DNA from: Pavona decussata
Lineage: Eukaryota
DNA length: 64,000 bases
Direction of reading: 5' to 3'
Assembly (NCBI GenBank): GCA_977016875.1
Contig: CDRNST010000103.1
Location: forward strand, 1,178,001-1,242,000
A model generated the notes under the pieces. That model had not been told where the DNA came from and did not search any database. It worked only from the letters and a program-made list of their open reading frames with translations. The translations under genes were made by a program, and so were the position numbers. This document shows, one piece after another, positions 41,371 through 54,033 of this stretch; the stretch's first letter is position 1; each line of letters begins with the position of its first letter.

Positions 41371-43806
41371 CTTTCAATTCAGTGTAATTTACGAAGAAAG
41401 AAAGTTGAAAAACAGAACTGATACGTATTCCTTTCACGTGTAAAACTTAAGAGCCATTTAACTCTTTGTAAGACGTTCTATATTTCAAAACATTTTGGGC
41501 CAAATCTTTTTTGACCACACTCTATGAGAAAAATAATTGAATTAATACTTTTATGGCATTGCTGCCAAAAAAAAAGGCATGGTAACAATTTCTGCCATAG
41601 TTATTAGGTTCAGTTTTAAATTTCTTTACATTGCAAAATGCATGAAGCAAATTGAGAAACTAATAAATAAAAAAGCGAGCCAATTATACATGTGGAAAAT
41701 CGCGGGAGCCTTAATTGAAGCACCCTTAATGTGGTTCTGAACTGTCAAACTCGTGTCAAAATGGAAAGCGTTTTAAGAACGAATGGCGCCCTGTTTAATT
41801 AGCGTGGCTCTTTCTTTTGTACGCATAGCCTTGTTTATCTGGCTGTAATTAAGAACCCTTCGCTTAGATATTTTATTTACACCCCGCTAAGCCTCTGTAG
41901 ACAAAGCATCACTGACTCGGAAGCCTTCAAGAGTTGAAAGCCTAAGGTTGATTTGGCTGAGTTCCTAAGAGGTATGCAGGAGTAATCCACTTGTCTAATG
42001 TGTAGATCACTTAGCCTTAGGTGATATCAGTATTTATAACACCATTCCAAATGTTAACTGTGACTGTCATACTATAACATTGAGTGTTTCTTAAGGGATT
42101 GACGAACGACCCATTTTAACTTATTTCACTGACAACTCATGCTCGAGCACGAAATTGCAGTGTTGGTAATGTTAATGGTAATGTTCATGTCAGGCCAAGG
42201 TGACGAAGACAAGGGATTTTGTTGTCGTACGCGATTTCATTATTTGTTTTCCATCATCCTGTGTTGGTCCTATACATTTCTTCAAAAGCAACCTAGTTTA
42301 AAATAAGCGATTCAAGATTGGGTCTATTTTGATTTCACGTAATTTAGCTGGAGTCGAAACAAGATTTGTTATTCACAAATATATCATTTACAATTATTTG
42401 GCAGTAAAATAACTTACCAGTGTGAAATTCCAAGAAAGGTTAACCTGTCTTGTTGTTGAGATTATGAGGAATTTATGATTTCTCTGCTGTAACAGCACTG
42501 TAGTTTCCACAAACGAAAAGTTCCCGGTGAACAAGTGATTTTGCTCTTAAAGAAAATCTTTCATTATTGGTGGTTAAAAACCCATGGTAAAGTAAAATAA
42601 ATGTCTATATTTTTGTTCAGGTTTTGGAGATCTTCATGTAGCTAAGTCTTACTAGTCGTCGAGTCAAATAATATTTATTTCGCCCAATACTAAACTGATT
42701 CTCCTCGATTTTACAGGAAAGTAAATAATAGTTGGCACGTGAAATGCAAATACAAATTATGGTCAGCTGTAGCTTTGTTATCTTCACAAACTCACTCAAA
42801 TTTAACCCAAGTAAAACATTCAGAACGATAAAAATATTTAATATCACGAAGTTTGTGAAGGGATATACCGCAAATTTAATTTATAAGCAAAACGGTTTGC
42901 TCGTCGGTAAAACACAAACTCTGCATTTTAATTTTTACAACATAACTCCAAACCGTGTCGCTTTGAGTTGATTCTGAGTCGGATGTTCCGCGGACAGATC
43001 AGGTTTACGCAGTGAACTGTCGGCATGACATTATATTTCACTTTCATGTCACAACATTAATTTCTTATGACTTAGTGGACAAAATAAAATATCGTACTCT
43101 GGGGGAGTCGAAAAGGAAGGTGCTCTTTGCAAAATTTAATGAGTTTTATATTTTTATAAATTCGGTTCTAGTAGAGACAGATGGATAAATAGATAGACAA
43201 CCTTCATTTAAGCGCGATTGGTTTTCAAGCATTAGAATCCTTACAAGTGGGATCCTGCTATCGGAGGAGCACGATATCAATGATATTTGAATTCACCTGC
43301 GAATGACAGTAGAATAATACCGAGAAGAACTGGTTATACGATGTATTTTATAGCCCCAGACTGGTGAAATCACTCGTTCCTCTATGACGCGACTGAGCGC
43401 AGTCTTTGGAATAATCATAGAATAGCCTCATAGTTTGCTTTTCATACATTATAGACGTTAGCAAACTGTTCTTAACAAAGATTCTATTTGAGTAAGTTTA
43501 TTACTCGCAATGCGGAGCTTGCATAAATATTTATGCAAATGGTTATTGTTTATGATTATTTCTCCGTGGTGTTGGTAGTATGAGCCAATACTGAAAGAGC
43601 AGATAATGCCAAACGCTTTTATGAATGCTTTATACTTGAAACCCGAGAGGATGCCCCAGAATGACAGATGTGATTCGCAGAGATACGTCCGAATCATATT
43701 TTGACTGTTTAAACCAAAAGGGGAATCAACCTCAGAATATTTATAACGAAGTTGGTAGGTACATAGGATTTTCTTGCATATTTTACCTTGCGTGCACTAC
43801 ATGATT

Positions 43807-44137
43807 TTAAAGGTAATTACCCCTACGTAAGCAGAACAAAAAATAACAAAGCTGATTACATGTACAGAAAGCGAACCTGAATTTACCAGCCAGATATTGG
43901 GAATCAAGGGAGAAGTCATAGTCATTCAAAAACGAAGGGTTTAAGCTACAATTTTGCATGGAGATTGAGGAAAGTTTTATTGTTAGTTAATGTATGAAAA
44001 ATCAGACCTTAAAATGTTTGAACGCCTGCATGTGCACTCTAAGCCGCTACCACCGGAATATCAGCATGATTTTGTAACAACTTAATGCCGTTCCGCTATT
44101 TTAAGAACTTTAGGTAACTGAAGGGTATTTCCCCTTC
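43807..44137. mobile_element. Degenerate TTAA-type MITE
   Basis: ttaaaggtaattacccct / agggtatttccccttca imperfect termini. Confidence 0.4.
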
Positions 44138-46717
44138 ACTGCCTTTGTAATTCTTGATTTTTGCCGAAATCTTCATATATTTTTCATTGCTAAAATATGA
44201 GAAGTCATACCCACAAGAAATTATTTCAGGTTGATTTTCTTAGAAGAGTTGCAATCGTATTATTGTACGATTTACGAGCGACACGGCAACAATTATTTTC
44301 GCTGCCGAATAAAACAGAAAATGTCTCAATCTAATTACTGAATAAACGTGAAACTGACGGAAAACTCTGCCTTCCGCCAAATCGAAATGATAAAAGGCAA
44401 ATACAGACCACGGACTGTAAATAAAACTATGGCTGATAAAGGCGTTCTTAGGTAATGTATTGATTAAACAAAAGCATTGGGAGAAGAATGAAATTGGGAA
44501 CCAACAGGATTGAAAACGCGGTTTCGGAAAGAAATGGCGAAGACAGAAGGAATTTTTAACAAAAAAAAAAGGAAAAAACCTGGACGGGACTATTTTTATC
44601 ATTGTCATCCGAAACAGCCCTTGGGCTATGTATAATTAATGTGGATATTTTCATAAACAAAAGGTAGCGTAGGTGCTGCATTGTGAAATTCAGGCTTACC
44701 CACAAATTAGCACAGGTCTTAGTGAGATAATTGAACTTTCTGTATAAACTGGAAAACATTTCTGACGCTTCCAAATAGAACTATGAACTATCTAACGTTT
44801 TCGGTGGTTTTCATCTGATGGTTTACGAAATTATAAAATCTAAAACTCATCAAATTGCCAACAGGGTGACAAGCTGTCAGGAATGAAAACAAATCTCGTG
44901 AACTCTAATTAAATCGTTCGTGCTTTCAGGTTTAGCCATAGGCGAAATCATTGTTGAGCAAACATTGTTCAAATTGGATTTTTAAAGACGTTTTTAAGTC
45001 TTCGGTTTAGTCTGACATTGTTTCAGACGCAAAGGCGGCTATCCTTGAAAAGATATTCGTTGATCCAAGGGAAAGAAAAAATATTTACTTTCTGCGGTTT
45101 GTTTCAAGCTGGGCGCTAAATAGAGCTCTACGACATGCACCCCGTAGTTTCCCCCGTCAATCCGTTCAAGCCTTGCGGAGTTTAAAAGTTAATATCAAAT
45201 ATTACGGTACCGAGCGCACTGGATGCTAAATTATTATTCTTTTATCACTCTTTTGTATTGACTAGAAGAGGAGCAGAATTAAAACAAGCCGAACTTCCAG
45301 CTGCCGCGATTTTGTCCATTATTTCGAGAACTCTCTTTGAATACCGAAACAATCGAAATCGATTTTTTTTAACATGCAAATCCTTCGTCTTTCAGCGTTT
45401 AGTAACACCGCCTGAAGATTGACAACATTTAAGGTCTTTGCAATTTTACGAACTAAATCGGATAAAATTGAATGAGATATTTTTTAATTGCGGGGAGTTT
45501 CTTAATTACTGAGCCCATTGTACTATGGCGAGAAGAGTTTTTGGCACGTTTCATTTAAAATTTACACGAATCAAGTTTGCAGTGACGAATTAGTCAGAGA
45601 TTCTCCAATTTTGCTACCACCGTGCGTCCAAACAGCGTTGGAAAAATATTATCATATTCGTTTCGTCTTTAAGGTGAGCCTAAAATTGGTAATCAATCAG
45701 AAGTTTGAGTGGACTGTTTAGATTGGCGAACCGCAAATAAAATTTCACCATTCAGTTGAACCACAAATTTCGACAATACAAATTGTTTTGTCTTTTTATT
45801 TTCAGTTACTCATATCTTAAAGTTTGTTTGACTGACCGAAGTTCTCGTTTACTTTCAGCGTGTAATCAGAAAATGTTTCAGGTTAAAGGCATTTCATTCG
45901 GTTCTATTTCGAAAATCTCAAACCGTTCCAACTTTGTGTTTGACTCAACTGACGTTATAATGCTGTCTATGTGCTAATTAATGTAACCATGCATTTCAAA
46001 CGAAAAGATTCGGTTAATACCGGATTTGTGCATGGAGTTGTTTTCTACTTCAGCTCATTGATTTCAACATAAAATATTCACTAATGAATATCTGAACTTA
46101 TTGAGGAAACAATTTTTATTTGTTGTGAAAACTTTTTACAAGTCGAAGCGTTGCGGTTCCTTTTACTTCAGCTGTCGATGCATTCAAGTAGGGTACAAAG
46201 TAAGTATCCTTCTAGAAGTAACAATACTTAAAAATCGAACGAAACGTGTAACTAAATTGGCTTAGTTTCTGTTGAAAGCCATAAGCATTTAATCAGGGGT
46301 GGATTTTAAGGGATTTCCACCTATTTAATCACGGGCAAAGTCCATCTTATCGGCACTTTCCACTTATGTAACAGTTTATGGACTTACCATAAACCTCAGC
46401 GACATTGTACTGACTTGGATACCTTTATCCGCCCAGCTGTTTTATTCAAAAAAGAACTTTGAGCAATTTTTGATCCAAGAGTATGTTTTCAAGTTGTACT
46501 CTTTAGCAATAATTATTTTAGCCTTTTAGCAAGGCGACATTTTTCACGGGAGATTTTACTGTCTTCTGTAATTTAATCAAGTATCTATTCATGGAGAGAT
46601 TTATTCTTGTTTACGTTTCATGGTTAAATCTGTCTTATCGGTACTTTGCTTCCTTCATTCGCAACAGCTTTTGAAGGCATTGGCCGAACTGTCTTAAATT
46701 AAGTTGTGCGTCTTGAG

Positions 46718-47016
46718 GGGAGCAGGGATGGCGCAGTGATGAGAGCACTCGCCTCCCACCAATGTAGCCCGGGGGGTTATGTTCGATTCTCGGACTCAGC
46801 GTCGTATGTGGGTTGAGTTTGTTGTTGGTTCTCGTCCTTGCTCCTAGGGTTTTTTGTCCAGGTGCGCCGGTTTTCCCCTCTTCTCAAAAACCAACATTTC
46901 CAAATTCCAATTCGATCTGGATTATTGTCAAGCACTTTATTATGAGCCTCTGGCTCGTGAGATTGCGCAAGCACTCCCGGCCGTGTTATTGAGATTAAAC
47001 AAAATATTTTACTTTA
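46718..47016 (+). mobile_element. tRNA-derived SINE with V-domain-like core, full length
   Basis: Head gggagcagggatggcgcagtg (A-box), gttcgattc (B-box), core ccggttttcccctc..., (TTTAC) tail, TSD CTTGAG at 46712-46717 and 47017-47022. Confidence 0.8.
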
Positions 47017-47373
47017 CTTGAGCAACGCAAAACCGAATATATATAGTTCTTCTAGAGGCATTATCTGCCTTGTGTCCATATACACATAAACAAACACACT
47101 ATAAACCGTTCTTCCAAGTTCGTCCCATACGGTTTATTCTTCTTTAGTATAAAAGCGGCTATTCTGGAAACCACGAAATCTTTATTGAGCTTTTAGTTCG
47201 TCAGTCTGGGCCACAGCACTAGTCATAGCGTCTTATTGAGATTTCCTGATATTTGAAAAGATAATATCAGAATGAGATAGCCATATTTGTTACGTATTGA
47301 AATTTTTATCTTTTAAAGACGGATGTCACCTATTTTTAGTACTACTTTATAAGAATCTAAAAGACATACAGAA

Positions 47374-47655
47374 GTTTTCAATTGAGCACCGAAAGCAACT
47401 CGCTTTTGCCCTGGTTTCACTTTACCGTGCTCCGTAAGTAGTTTGCAAAACCACGGGCGCGCCACGACCTCCTCAACCAATGAGAAACAAAGCTAAAGCC
47501 AATCATGCCTTGAACACGTGTTTCCTCCGCTTGACGTATGTTACTTGCATTTACATCGAATTCCAGTTGGTTCACTGCACTGTTGTTTATTACGTCTGAT
47601 GTCATTGGCCCGAGTGATTACTATGGTTTTGGTTTTATGATACTCAATTGAACCG
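47374..47655. mobile_element. Degenerate MITE
   Basis: Inverted ends gttttcaattgag / ctcaattgaacc with internal ccaatc/attgg motifs. Confidence 0.5.
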
Positions 47656-49930
47656 TTGTATTGGGATCAAAGAGAACCTAAAAACAACGAGTTGTTTAAA
47701 AATTCCACTGCTGCGTTTCTGAAAGCACTAAAAAAAGTGTCTTTGGCAACGGATGGGCAAAATTGAACTGATTTGCAACTTTACAAACTGGGTCATCTTT
47801 TTTCAAGTTCTTTCATTTTGCCTTGGAAAAATTGCCATAAACAAGTTATGAGTTGTTCTCCGTTAAGAAAATCACGTGGTATCGTTCTCTTGTTGTTCTC
47901 GTAGCACGTTGATAAGAGGGGAAGTACATTAAAATAATCATGACGTAGCCCCCTTAAACTCCTCCTCAACTGTAATTGGAAATATAAGGGAGGAACTGAA
48001 AAAATGAAATGGCCCGTAAGGTGGCTTTTATTTACGGAGGTCAAATTTGAACTGAAGCCGGTGAATTATCCTCTGTTTTGTAGTGAAAAATTTAAGCCAA
48101 ACCCCTGATCTTATTTCATTTTCTTTTAACAATTTTACTATACTTAACAAATAAAATGCTGCCCAAGAAAATCATATCTCAAAATAATGGAGCCTGCGGT
48201 CGGTGCCGGTGAAGTCATCTGCATTCGTCAAGAACCTAAGCCAAACCTCGTTCTCAGGACAGAGGAGTGAGACCCTTTGAACAAGGCTACATAAATGAAG
48301 ATATTCGTGTCTCATCGTTCCTTCGCGTCCCATGGAGTCAACACTGTTCCCCACTGGTCCTCTTTATCATGCTGCTCTTGGTACTTAACAGCAGTGCGGG
48401 GCGATTTTCTTAAACTGGCTTGCTGATACTCCTTCGCGCCCTCGTTTAAGCCGATGCCTAACATGCCCACTGGACGTTAAGTTCCGTGGTTCAGTGAATG
48501 TGGATGAACGATAGAGAGCTCTTATGAATACCAACAGACTTGATTTTAAATCATAGATGGTTACTAAATCATTTTTATTACGATGAAATTTGTCAGGTGG
48601 TCTCATGCTGTCCAAAAAACATTTTGGAGATCAGTGTGTGTATACCTGATAACTCAGTTAATATGTTCTAGATAACAAGGATAGGATGAAAACAGATGAA
48701 AACGTGATTAAAGCTGCTAGTCTAATAACGCGGATCTGTTTTTTTCTCACAATTTCGTGGGAAATTTTTTAGATAGTCAGCTCAGTCATGACAGACATAG
48801 ACAACCTTTGTCTGCTTTGTATCAGAAGTTTAGCATTTGTATTCAAACTAAGCCGTCACGTTCTTAGGTCTTCTTACATCATGATGATCTATTTCCTGGG
48901 CGTCAGCTGTCAGGGCTGAATACTAGGTACTTATCGAAAACACGTTGCGGTTTACAAGCTAATGAACTTACCTGATCGCTTTGGTCGGCTAGATACGAAT
49001 TGGGTTACGAAAAGGTGAAAAGAATAGACATTTATTCAAAAATGCTTCTCGATCGTAAATATAATGTTAGGAGTACTTTGGCCTATGCCTAGTACTTCAA
49101 TCCCTTTTATACTGACTCTTTACTCAGGACTCTGTGGTAAATTCACATTAGAAAAAATTTCTTTTCCCAATTTTAACTAAGTATGTCAAGTTACATGTTA
49201 CCTGGAATACAAAGCGCATGCAACTCACTGGATCTTTCAGTTTAACTTTGAAAGAGGTCTCCAGTCTTTGGTCCTTCTCAGGCATAAGGATATTTTGGTG
49301 CATGGTAGGTTGTTGGGTGCTAATGCTTTTCCCGCTCTATTTATTGTAATTTTCTTTACATTGCCAAACGGTCCTTCATTCAAATGCTACTCTGTCGGAG
49401 TTTCAAAGGAAATATTTGACAAATTTACAAAAGGGGCAAAACGCACTGCGCTAAAAAAAATCTTCATTGAAATAAAAGGTCAAGTGCACCCTTCAGGACT
49501 TCATCCAATTCTCAGCGCTATCGATTATACGTTATTTTTATATGCATAGTTCAAGGTTAAAATACCCAGTTCCAAGGTATTTCAATGATTATGAATTGTT
49601 ACCTGACTCACGAGTGAAATCGGAAAGACTAATGTTGCGGTGAATGAAGGTTGAAAGCCCTGAAGAAAAAAAAAACCAACAAGGGATACTGACAAAGGCA
49701 GTATTTCCAATTTTTTCTCTTTACTTTGCTATCTGCCTGAACCCTTTTAGGATATATGACACGGTGGGAACCTTGTCAAGTGGATACCCTCTCCGTGGGA
49801 ACTAGGCTTGAGATGAACTGTTTTTTGTTTTTTTATTTGTTATCTATACATAAAAATTCAAAGCTTGAGTTACCTCGTGCCAGTAATTGTTTTTGCATGT
49901 GTACAACTGATTTCAACAAATCAGCACAAG

Positions 49931-50114
49931 AGGCCATTTTCATGATGGCGTCATTTTACTAAAACTACCAGAATTCATTTCGTTTTCCTTTCCAAATGCA
50001 AATTTTGTAATCGCAGTGGACAGCAAAGAACAACAGCTCTAATTAGCATTAGAAAAGAAAAACCAGAAGGATTCTGGTAGTTGTAGTAAAATGACGTCAT
50101 AATGAAAATGTCCT
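49931..50114. mobile_element. MITE
   Basis: ~45-bp inverted ends aggccattttcatgatggcgtcattttactaaaactaccagaat / attctggtagttgtagtaaaatgacgtcataatgaaaatgtcct. Confidence 0.7.
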
Positions 50115-50751
50115 ATTATAAGACGAACAGGAGTCTGCATCTTGTCTGCGCATTGGAGATTACACTGAGAGGTGTAAACTCGTAAATACAATTAATGCTA
50201 AAAAAAAGAAAAACAAGACTTGGTGAATTGGGTAACACTTGGTATTCTATTTATCTTATGGTCTTATTTCCTGTAGCCAATACCGGCCATTCAGCTGTCA
50301 AACCTCAACTCTGGGCTTTTAAGGGGGCTCCACCATGAGACAAGACAGCTGTAACAAATATTTGAGCTTATTAATACCAGCATATGGGTTTTATTTCGTT
50401 TTAATTGACTTTTGTGGGTTCGGCTCTTCAAAAGCCAAGTCGCTTTTTAATAGTAATAACAATAATAATAATAAAAAAGTTAGATATTTGTCATACTGGA
50501 AATTATTGCACCTCCTTGAGTTAAAGAGGGGTGGGAATAGCTCATACCAGGTATTGTTTACACTGAAGTAAAAAAAGGCAATAGTTCCCGGCGTGGAAGA
50601 CACTGTTTTTTTTAAGTAAACAATTCTGGTTGTTTCGTTCGATGAATTGCATTGTTTTAAAAACGCGCCAGTTATTTATGGGCTAAGCTAAGTGGTTACA
50701 AGTTTTTTACGTCATATTTATGTCACATTATAAACGCCTCTGTTGTTTCAG

Positions 50752-50965
50752 GATCATTAATTTCTTTCATTCAGCAAAGAAAGCTGAGAGACAACTGAAG
50801 CTCGGGAGAAAATCGCTTAGCAAGTCAGTCATCTGATCTCTCATCATTGCTCTATTTTTCAATAGACGCCACGACACTTCCCTCTCTGGCTAGAGGCTAA
50901 AGAAGTAGGAGTTCATTCTTCATTGACGGTATCAACCAGAACCTCAAAGATAACAAGCTGATTCT
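50752..50965 (+). other. Candidate non-coding 5'UTR exon of the channel gene
   Basis: Acceptor ctctgttgtttcag and donor TCT|gtaagt bound a 214-nt segment upstream of the acceptor at 58551. No transcript evidence. Confidence 0.3.
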
Positions 50966-53298
50966 GTAAGTATTTCGTTCAGTTTGTGTTATTAGACTTG
51001 TCCATTATGAGAGAGAAAGTGCTACTACGGTGAGCTTTTATTCCATCTTGGTTTGCTTGCGAAACTGAGTAAAATATATTCATATCTTCTTATTTAAGGC
51101 GTCCTGGTCATTTGTCAATACTGCTCATTGCGTTTGCATGTCTAACTCTTCTGCACGATGAGTTGTTATGATTAGCCGTCAATTTCATTACCGACCCCGC
51201 CAGGGTATCAAATATATATAACCAGAACTGAACATCCACCATGCCTTATCGGCTCCACACGTTCAAAGGTCTACGTGTTTTAGCAGTCGGTAGCCTCTTA
51301 CTACGACGATATCTCTGTAAATGGTATTTTTCCATTTTAAAATTTCGATAATACGATCCTCGAGTTGTCTAGAAGAAAGCATCGCGGGTGATATTTACTG
51401 ATATTTAATCTTTGAGATCAGAGACGAGTCGAGACTAAGCTGAAACCGCTGATTTGCAAAGTTGGTGTCGCCTTGATTGTTTAGTCTTGTATTTAACATT
51501 TTCCGCTTTTAGTCTGTCTTGTTACATTGAACTTTTCGTCTTGCTGACTGTTCTCCTTGTTCGTAAACGTTTCTCTACGTCTCTGCGCATGACACAGAGT
51601 CCTTTATAAGAAGGAAGCCTTTACCATGAGCATCAAAAAAACAGACAGGTAATATTGTTAGTGCAATGTGCATCTTGGCTACTCGCGTAGAGTCGGTTTA
51701 TCCGCCCCTCAGTTGAGCAAATAAACTGAGGAAAAACGTAACTCTGCAAGTGTGGAAAAACCGACCGCTCAAACGTGCTGGTATTTATATCAAAATGGAA
51801 GGTATGCTGTAGTGTTGTATACCAACAAAAGGCTTTTCCTCTGAAAAGGGCATCACAAAGAAAGCTAACTAGCTGCTGGATTAAATGATATTAATTTGGC
51901 TTACGTTTTAAAATTCAGGCAAACAGTTTTTTGAAACATCTGTTAAAGATAACCTTGAAACGTGGCGTAAGTGATGTCGTTGCAAATATCGTAGTAAAAT
52001 CAGTGAAACGAAGTTTTCATTTAAAAATTAATAAAATCTTCGCCGGATTACATGATCACACACAATGTTTCAGTCAGATTCAATCAGACTGGAGTTTCTC
52101 CTGAATGCTAATAATGTTTTGTCGTAGGTCGGAAATATTCACCTCTTGATTACCCTGCAAAAATACAGCTATCCTGGAGGAAATAATAGCATATGCGGTT
52201 ACGAGTAAATCAAGTTCACTTTAATAACCTTTTATTTTATTCTTTTATTTTCTTTTTTTCGAGTGATAAATATCGACCCACGTTTCAGTTTTTGATTCAT
52301 GGTTTATTCAACAGCCACATACTAATGCAAGTTTTATTATATATTTTGAAATGCTTTTATCATCTTTTCATCCCCCGCTCGACGAGTGACCGAAAAAAAT
52401 TGGCAACTGATATGATACGAATCTGATAAGTTCAAGTACCTGACAAAACCATAAGTTAGCGCTTCAGTTTATCACACGGCTTAAAATTCACGACAGTGTC
52501 TCGATTTCTCGACTATAATACCTAAGAATTACACCATATCAAACCGCATCTCTAGGTAATTGATGTTTTATCTCTACACCTGTGACTTTGAAAGACACAG
52601 AAGTAAGGAAATCGAATATCTAAAAAGAGCAATATCATTAAAAAAGGTCGAAAGAATCCTCTTGAGAAATGTCGCACGTTATGAGAATTGAACTTTTGAC
52701 CCCTCTTCTTCTAATGACGTGTTCAATTGGCAAATAATCTTCTTTACAGCGGAGACGCAAAACACAGCGCCAAGACAAAAACAGCAAAACGGAAAATTAA
52801 AGAAAAAGAAAGAAAGGTGAATTACGAAAATTGCGTGAACGGTGCGTTAAGTAAATAATCTTTGTTTTTATTGTTTTGGAAAAAATGTGGACTCCAGGTT
52901 AAAACTGAGTAGATAAGGTGCTTTACAAAAATCTGAAATTTCTAAATTAAAGCAAATGAAACTTAACCTTTTAAGTAAGACCATATGGCTTATAGGGAAT
53001 TCAAAAACTCTGGGAATCGTCCGATCTTCTACACTGAAATGGTACCGTTTTCTGAATGTTTGAAGCAAATCATGCAGTTACGTAATAAATGTCTTTGTTC
53101 CTAGCTTACGTTCTGAATAAATGTGATACGAAGGGGAATTAAGACAAAAATAAAACTGCCAAATCGATTTAAAAGCATTTGCTTTGGCCTTTTTGCATTG
53201 CCTCAAGGCTTAGATTAGTGCGTCAAGAATTGAATTGAAATGTGTTTTGCATTTTGCAGCATATCTTATTCGGCGGGGCGTCGATTAGTGTTCTATAT

Positions 53299-54033
53299 AA
53301 AATCTGCGAAACGCAACTTTGTTGTAATGCACGAAAACGATTTCTTGTCACATAAAATGTCTATAAAGTAAAAATCCGCCTTTTTTGTTTGGTTTCTAAG
53401 AAAATAATAAAAAACCTATATGAAAAACAGTTTTGTGACATCTGTATTTCTTTCTGATTTTTTTCCTGATTGGTTCCTTAATCTGGTTACCATGTGCATA
53501 ATAATCTTTTAATTAATGCCGTTTTTCTGGAAGGCTTTTTCAGTTAAAGTCTTCACAATGGGAACAATGAAGTGATCGGAATCTTTTGCAGAAAAAAAAG
53601 TAATATTTACGACGTTTGCTTTTTCGCGTTGTAGGCTTGACATAGCTTGAAGGCAAATGGGTTATTACGCAGCTTTTTCGACTAGTCTTTTGTACATGCA
53701 AAATCTGCGAAACGCAACTTTGTTGTAATGCACGAAAACGATATCTTGTTATATAAAATGTCTATAAAGTAAAAATCCGCCTTTTTTGTTTGGTTTCTAA
53801 GAAAATAACAAAAAAAACCAGGAAAAAGAGTCTTGTGACACTTGTATTTCTTTCTGATATAATAATATTTTGATGTCATTTTTTGGGAAGGCTTTTTCAG
53901 TCAATGTCGTCACAATAGGAACACTGAAGTGATTGAAATCTTTTGCTGAATAAAAGTAATATTTACGACGTTTCATGGCTTTGTCGCGTTTTTGGCTTGA
54001 CATAGCTTGAAGGCAAATGGGTTTTCACGCAGC
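53299..54033. repeat. Diverged tandem duplication (copies start ~53299 and ~53700)
   Basis: aaaatctgcgaaacgcaactttgttgtaatgcacgaaaacgat ... ggcttgacatagcttgaaggcaaatggg occurs twice. Confidence 0.85.
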
